Below, piece by piece: positions 56,725 to 64,000 of a stretch of DNA of 64,000 bases. Origin of the DNA: Trichoplax sp. H2 (Eukaryota); the NCBI GenBank assembly GCA_003344405.1, contig NOWV01000002.1, positions 248,001 through 312,000 on the forward strand, written 5' to 3'. Both the position numbers and the translations under genes were made by a program. The stretch's first letter is position 1. The number at the start of each line of letters is the position of its first letter. Under the pieces are notes generated by a model that was given only the letters and a program-made list of their open reading frames with translations, had not been told where the DNA came from and made no database searches.

Positions 56725-56952
56725 TGTACTACAGTACAGTACAGTACAGTACATGCATTTTACAATACCAGGTACTCTTCTTCGTTTTGTACTGTACACT
56801 GTACTAGATATGGACTGTGTATGAAATCCTGTGAAGTTGGTACGTATTAAACGTTAAACCCTAACCCACGTGTACAGTACTGTACAGTACACTGTACAGT
56901 GTACAGTACTGTACAGTACACTGTACAGTGTACAGTACTATACAGTACAGTA
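56725..56952. promoter_or_regulatory. Palindromic TGTACAGTAC array in the TMEM208/FAU divergent gap
   Basis: (acagt)n run at about 56730-56752, and about 80 nt at 56871-56952 built almost entirely from tgtacagtac/actgtacagt, including a 29-nt repeat unit. Confidence 0.65.
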
Positions 56953-57009
56953 TCTTGTAACTGGAACTTCTACTGTTTGCCACAAAGAATTGTGGGTAAC
57001 GAGGAAGAT

Positions 57010-57026
57010 CTCCTTCTTTTCCTTCT
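57010..57026 (+). promoter_or_regulatory. Pyrimidine tract, probable 5'TOP/TCT initiator of the ribosomal protein gene FAU
   Basis: ctccttcttttccttct lies about 35-50 nt upstream of the FAU ATG. Ribosomal protein mRNAs typically start in such tracts. Confidence 0.6.
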
Positions 57027-57059
57027 GACGCAACGTGATAGACATCTTGATTTTCCATC

Positions 57060-58571
57060 ATGAATATTTTCTTGCGCGGCAATTCGTCTTACACCTACAA
57101 TTGTAGTCCAGCGACTACCATTGCTGATTTAAAGCATTACTTAAATGATAGAGAAGGACTACCAGTAACCGAGCAAGTTATTACTTATGGATTACAAGTA
57201 TTAGAAGACCACGTTACTTTGGCCGATTACGCCATCGAAGCCGACTCAACATTGAACGCTTTCGTACGATTACATGGAGGTTTGTACTTGCAGTTAATGT
57301 AGTGTTTACAATTTTGATCAACTCTATCCTATATAACTGTACTGTAGTAACTAAATGATGATGTTAATAGTGTTATAAAACTACTAGAGGATCTGGTAAA
57401 GTTCATTTGAAGCAGATTACGCAGATCGTATTCTTTTCATATAGTTTGCAATACTGTAATCTTATGGTTACGCTGTGCATCAGCCTCCGAATTCATACAA
57501 ACCATTATTATTCGGTAGCTTTCTCGATCATCTCTACAATCGCTATTCGTGCTTATGTTATGGATGAACAAAGCTGTTTGAACTTATAACATTAATCTAC
57601 TATATTTCATTAAATTCAGTGCTAATTATTCCTCTGGTGGTATCATGACATGTCTTGATCGCTTTTTTAGTCTAGTCAAAAGCATGGTGTGTACTGTACA
57701 GTGTACACACGTTAAGCAACACTGTATTATACTGACTGTACCGTAGAGTATATTAATTTCAAAGTTTTTCAATTTACAATTTTGCCTTTCAACTTTTCAT
57801 TTTTACGTAGTAGATATCTAAACGTTAAGCCATTTTATTGTCTGTATTTAGGTAAAGTACACGGTTCCTTAGCTCGTGCTGGTAAAGTCAAAAATCAAAC
57901 ACCAAAGGTATGCACATTGTATAGTATGGAATAACGATACTGCAGGTGGTAGTCAATCGTTGATGCAATGCTGTTCTTAAACTTTAACCCGAGTTTTGTT
58001 GGGAAAGTTTATGAACTTGAAAATTTCAGAGAGCAATCTGTTAATTTATCAGAACAACAAACCATAGTATATTACTTTCATGTAATATTCTCTGTCTTTG
58101 ACTCTATTTTCCACGCCGTTGGACATTCCTATGTATTTTTTTATTATAATATTGCTATAGACTATGGAAATATTATAGCGTTGTACCCGAATACTGAGCA
58201 AAATACTTTAATTGTTGTCAACTTAGGACTGATACTTACAGTAGTTATCTTTGCCAGTACTTTATTTCACCAAAATGATTAGTTCATCACAACAGAGCTA
58301 GTTGTTTCTTATTAGCAATCTTATAACAGATGGAATTAAGAATATAATCAATAAAGCTGCAGTTAGAAACATACGAATATATACAATGATTGCAGTCTCG
58401 TAAGTACGCTATGTCTGATTGATACTTTACTATCTTCATTAGGTTGAACAACAAGAAAAAAAGAAAAAGAAGACAGGACGCTCCAAACGTAGGATGCAAT
58501 ACAATCGCCGTTTCGTCAATGTTGTACAAGGATTTGGACGAAAGAAGGGACCTAACTCTAATAGCTCTTAA
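57060..58571 (+). CDS. FAU: Ubiquitin-like FUBI / 40S ribosomal protein eS30 fusion
   Basis: Ubiquitin-like exon ending RLHGG, then [60 protein letters not shown]. Confidence 0.97.
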
Positions 58572-59690
58572 AATACTGTAGTACACTCTCTAGCAACCTA
58601 TACTATGTAAGCTTGTACTCAATGTATAAACAAAAATTGGATTAAAAAGTTTGTTGCTATAATCATGTTGGTGATGAAAAGTTTTTGGCTGGACAAATTT
58701 ACTTCCATATCACCTATTGCACTATATAAAGTGCTGCATATCGTAATTGCTTACTAATATATTTGAACGATTGTATTGAGGAAAGAGTAATAAGAAAAAG
58801 AATATTCTTTACAACACTATAGTACTGTATTACTAATAGTAAAGTGAGATCTTTCTATGATGCTAAGCCATTTGGAAACGAGTCCAGTTGACGCTACGAA
58901 GTCAATGTTACAGCAAAATTTGAGACTTCAACAAACTAAGCAAATATGGCATCCCCCAAAAATAGACATTGTAACTAAACGATAATAACTCGACTATGGA
59001 GGAAGAAATGATTTCAGGATACTGTACATACTCTAAAATAGGTGAAAGACAATCTTCGTCTATGTGTCCTAGGACAGTTTACTGTACACATCATTGCAGT
59101 AGGTTAACCTTTGCAAATCTGCTGTATTGCATGATATCGGATATCGTATTATTTAGAAGAATGGCTACAATATGAAGTTGGAACTCTATGCTTCTGAGGG
59201 CGTAGAGATCCAAGATCACCTTCGAATCTATGTTCAAGGTGTGTCAATTTTGGGGGAAAATTGATTCAATTTATTGCATTTTTGTCTCGATCAGTTTTCA
59301 ACTTAACAGCACTAGAAAGCGATAGTCAAGTATCTTGTGTCCATGTTAACTTGAAGTTAAACCACGTGGTGAAGCCTTGTAGTGGAGTGTCTCGTTCATT
59401 CGATATCGTACAGTAATCCAAGTAGCGTAGTTTCAGGTCAGCAACGTTTGCTGAAGAGTGAGCTACAGTACGTGCATCGATTAATACAGTGTACAGTACA
59501 GTTGCATCAGCTCTGCACTGTACACTGTAGAGTACAGCATTTCATCGTAACACTAGTTCTGTATAGGGCGTCAATAAATCTACCTGGGGCCCCTGTAGTC
59601 TGTTGAACTGAAGAACGACGTCGTTTGAGGCTAGAGTGCTTTCACAAACTCTTCTAATGCATCATTAGTTAGGAACTATCTAACAGCAAA

Positions 59691-60828
59691 ATGTCGACGA
59701 TGAAGTTGAGTGGACTACTTCGAAATGTCATGGTAAGATTATAATGTAATTAATGCAGTTATGAAGGGTCATCTCTATGGTACTTACACTGGTGTTCTAT
59801 TGGTGTTCATTCAAAATATTTCACAGTCTGTTTATGGTTTCATTACTGATATTATGGACAATATGTATGTTCTGTACATTTACCTCGAACAAAATGATAG
59901 ACGGTTAGCTCCATCAGCTTCGATACTGTACTGTAAATGCTCATTATGGGATATTTAATGAACTGTAATTCACTACTGGACAGCTTATTGATACAACTGG
60001 AACGGATCATAATCAACATTCTGTACCGTAAATCGATCATTTTGAGCAAATTAAATAACAATTATAATAGAATTAATGAACTAAAGGATTCTTAACGGTA
60101 TTTTTAATGAAAAGGAACTCCCGATAAACACCAACACACTTAGAAGCGAATCCAATAGGTGGCTTCTATTGGCGAATAACGTATCACGACGATGCTTGTC
60201 TTCACAACCCGATTTAAAACAATCCAAAGGTGAACAACATATCAGCAGTATTTTGAAGGATACTGTAAACCCGTCTTATTTAGAAGTAAGAGATATATCA
60301 GGTAAGTCATGTTGTTATTTGCAATGGCATAGTTGTGGTTAAAGAGTTGCAATAGGATAGTGTCTATTATGAGACGTTCATTAATGCTAGATTCATTTAA
60401 TAATTGTCAAAACGATTTGTTCATACTCGTACAGGGGGTTGTGGTTCTATGTATGAAATTCTAATTCAATCCGATAATTTTAAAGGAAAGTCGATTATTC
60501 AACAACATAGAATGGTTAAAGAGGTACAATACCATAAAATCTTAGCATGTAGTCATACAAATCATTCTCTCTTCCGTGAAATTAGCATCTATTAAAATTT
60601 GATATATACGTATCAGTACAGTACATGTAATGGTTAAAACCGAACGTTGATAACTTAATGTTTACAACGTAATCTACTAGATAAGAGCCCATATCTCTTT
60701 TTTGTGCCCTAAAATATTTACTGAATACAATCAATATCTGTTTGGTTAAATAATGAATGCTACAGGCTCTCGCAGAAGAAATTAAGAATATGCACGGTTT
60801 AACTATTCGAACGTCAGTACCAAAGTAA
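59691..60828 (+). CDS. BOLA3: BolA-like protein 3, mitochondrial
   Basis: Presequence-like [14 protein letters not shown]|..., then [74 protein letters not shown]. Confidence 0.93.
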
Positions 60829-60996
60829 ATCCATGCCGCCCTGTGTACTAATCCAATCGTTCTTGGAGATCGCTTCAACAACTCGTTTAATTCAGCTCTT
60901 AAATCGTCGTACTTCAGCGTTAGTATTTAGAGTCACTAAAGTCATTTATAATGCTGCTTATGGTAGTATCCTTGGCGATTGCTAAAGCGAAAAGAC

Positions 60997-62608
60997 TCAT
61001 TCGATGCAGAATTCGTCTAATTTCACACGAGATAAATGGAACCAACATCTTTCAATTGTCTTCATTAAGATTGCGTGTTTTGTAGCAAATTCAGAGCTGT
61101 ATTACAATTTTTAAGCTATAGAAGGAATGAAAATTTCGCTAGTTACGATGCTGCAGTATTCACTATTAATATGAACAAATGAATTGACAAATCCTGAAAG
61201 GAGTGTACAATTCGTTAGGATTGTGTACAGAACATTCAAATTGTATTAATGCAATGGCGTTTATCTGAGTGATGATCATTCAGTACGGATGTTGTTTTAA
61301 TAAATTATCAATAGACAAGAAACTTCATTGATTTTAGAATTATAACTAGAACGATGGCCTGATACCTTTAAGGTATAGTCCATTCTTATTTTGCTGGAAT
61401 GTAAGAATCGGTATCAAGCGTAAGTAATAATAAAAAATAAAAGAGCACGCAACGATGTACAGTATATACGAATTTCCAATTTTACTATATCTCATACAAT
61501 AATGACAGTAGTCGCATACGATATATAGCTTTTATAATAAATACAGCATTGCACTAGCCATTCTATTAATTGCAGTTATATTTGCTATCTAGCCAAACTT
61601 GCCGGAGGCAACGATGACTTCATTCAAAACGCCAAGAGCGCTAATAATTATAATAACATACATGCTGGGAACAGATTTATTAGTAGTTTTATTGTTACTT
61701 GGGTATTTCTCTAGTTGCATCAATGATGCTACGTTTTTAACCTTCATATCTACTAATACATAATAGGCAGAGTACACGCTATACACACGGTGAAAGCTTC
61801 AATATTTCCTTATTTTAGCATTCGATTTTTAGAATCACAGCGTAAACGTAATACGATATACCCATTTTTGCATACTGTATATTCATGTTTATACGATATA
61901 CACTAATTAATTTATCTCAACCTAGGAAATACCATTCCATTTTCATAGCACAAAAAAGAGTACTGAAATTTGATCGTAATACCGTGGTTTAAATTAGGGA
62001 ATCAAGCTAGCTTTACATGAGCAGTGTGTGTTACAAGAAAGCTACCGGTTGACATTAGCCTTCAGGTACTTGGGTGATATTAGGGATTGCCACCTGTGCA
62101 AATTTTGTTACCCAGGCGATATGCGCGTTACTTACCGAATTCTGGTTTAAGTATCAAGCGAATAGTTCAAAGCTGTAATTATGTCACTTGCACTACAGTG
62201 GCATTTGTACCTGCATAAGCACCGCTAGCTACCTATTCAAAGTTTATTACTTATAGTGTCTGACAAAGGCAGAAATAGCGAATCTATATCAAATTTTACA
62301 ATTTGAGCAGCTTTGCAAAATGATATTTTGACAAGATTACAGCCCCAAGTGCACTGTATGAGTAAAGTAAGATAACGAACGGTGTTTTCAGTTGGAATTT
62401 GGACATATCCGGGATGGTTAGCACAGTTGTAGTACTGCACAGGAAAATGCAACAAAGCTGCAAAACGCTGTACAGTGGACAACTCGATCCAGTGAGTATA
62501 TGATTTACTGTACATCACTGCATAACAACTGCGAAAGAGCATTTCTATCGCTGTACAAAGTTCGTATATAGGTTCTGGATAAAATTTCGGAATTGGCCAG
62601 CACCCAAG
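60997..62608 (-). CDS. Possible uncharacterised gene (fragmentary model)
   Basis: About 123-codon open frame right after an AG acceptor near 62609 (LGCWPIPKFYPEPIYELCTAIEMLFRSCY...). Candidate downstream exons at about 61750-61663 and 61096-60997. Motif array upstream at 63835-63880. No homology recognised. Confidence 0.3.
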
Positions 62609-64000
62609 CTATTCTTTAAATTAAATGCAAAGGAATTTATTGCCTTTATTATTCGTATCCTCTTAAGCAATAAAATTGAAAAAAAAAATGGATGCCTTCA
62701 TTTTAGTTTCCGATTTTCATTCATTTTTAAATTAAGAGACTTTTCGGATCAACATCAGTATACGGCTCCCCTTTTATTGTATATATAAAATCTACTGGAT
62801 CAATATCCATATACAATATAGTAATATCCTAATATACGAACACTTATCATATACCATTAAGTACTGTACATTCATAATGTACGACATCATGACGACATAT
62901 AGACGACATGCTATACATACATATAAAGACATTATCTCAATCTCATCTAAGACCTATAAATACCCTTGCAAGCTAACTCGTTGGTCCGTTCCTATGTTCC
63001 TGCTACCTCAAATTCCTTATCTATCACAACCATATCATTGTTAGCCTATAACTTGTATCTCAATAAAATCCTTTATACCTTCTATCATCGTCTACCTTAA
63101 AATATTTTACGCTACTTAAAGAAGATATTATATTATTACACACCAAGGACTACCACTAGAAAAAGGAATAGTAGTAGTCCATGGCAGCACCCAGAAGCAT
63201 TGGCAACGGCATAACTTCCACATTTAAAGTGCGCCTAGTTATTAACTAACCGTAAATGGTATTTTCTGTTGTCAGAATTTATCGAGAGCTATATCAAAAA
63301 TGAATTCGAGTATACTTCTATATAAAATTCTTTTACTGAGTGAATCACTTAGCCAGCCAATCCTAATTTACTGTTTAGTACTGCAGACATTTGCCCTACT
63401 TTGGTCAATCCAATTGTGTCCAACACTTCATTATGACAGTAGTAAAGCATGCAGATCTAAATTAAGTAATAATAGGACATTGCATTCCATTGCTTGTTAA
63501 GCTCTGCTTAGAAACAGTCCATTTACATCATGCATGTTATTCAAATTAATACGAGTGATTTCGAAAACAGACACGATACTGAGTAACTATTTTTCGCCAT
63601 TTTCTGCTCTGAAAAGTCCGTCCATCCGAGGAGTGTTAGTGGTCTAGCTCTTTTTTCTAGTAATTCTATGGCTGTTTTAACATGCAAAATGGACCAATCA
63701 AATCAATGCAATGCTATCCCAGATTGCTTTACAAACTATGTTTCAAACTATCCATTCTACTCTATACTGTACCCTATTAATGTTACAGTATATTGTGCTA
63801 TAGTAGACAAGGGAAAATAGGACTGTGGATTACCTTACTGCACACTGATGTGTACAGTGTACAGTGCATAGTACTGTACCCGACGACCAAGCAACGAGCT
63901 TTCAACTGTTTTTCTGCGTCGGTCCAAATATGATCTGCTGAGTGTTGATGATTCAAGCTAGAACTAAACTAGAAAAAAAAGAAATCAATTTCAAAGCGAT

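Noticed and set aside
57300..58440. Intronic snoRNAs in FAU introns
   Set aside because: Isolated box C-like (atgatga) and box D (ctga) motifs are not paired at a plausible distance with terminal stems.

Overview
Compact, AT-rich, intron-rich animal nuclear DNA with short GT-AG introns and dense housekeeping genes. The style suggests an early-branching metazoan such as the placozoan Trichoplax (inference only). I assembled exons by hand with splice-phase checks. Gene order: 5' part of an SLC12 K-Cl cotransporter-like gene (-), TBC1D31/WDR67 (+), two tandem DUSP22/15-like phosphatases (+), LYRM4/ISD11 (-), an mL37/mL65 (MRPL37/MRPS30) family gene (-), TRAPPC2L (+, with a U12-type intron), PABPN1 (-), FAM210B (+), Aurora kinase (-), a probable orphan gene (+), C22orf39/EMI1-like (-), RNMT (+), TMEM208 (-), FAU (+), BOLA3 (+) and a weaker orphan candidate (-). 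Main points of interest: palindromic TACAGTAC/ACTGTACAGT arrays clustered at putative promoters; gene adjacencies shared with human (TRAPPC2L-PABPN1L, FAM210B-AURKA, FAM210-RNMT); a 58-codon open frame behind the TAG-C stop of TRAPPC2L; several tandem repeats; a decayed antisense ORF; and a duplication flanking an assembly gap. No rRNA, tRNA, CRISPR or recognisable transposase was found. Family calls and human gene orders are from memory, not database searches.
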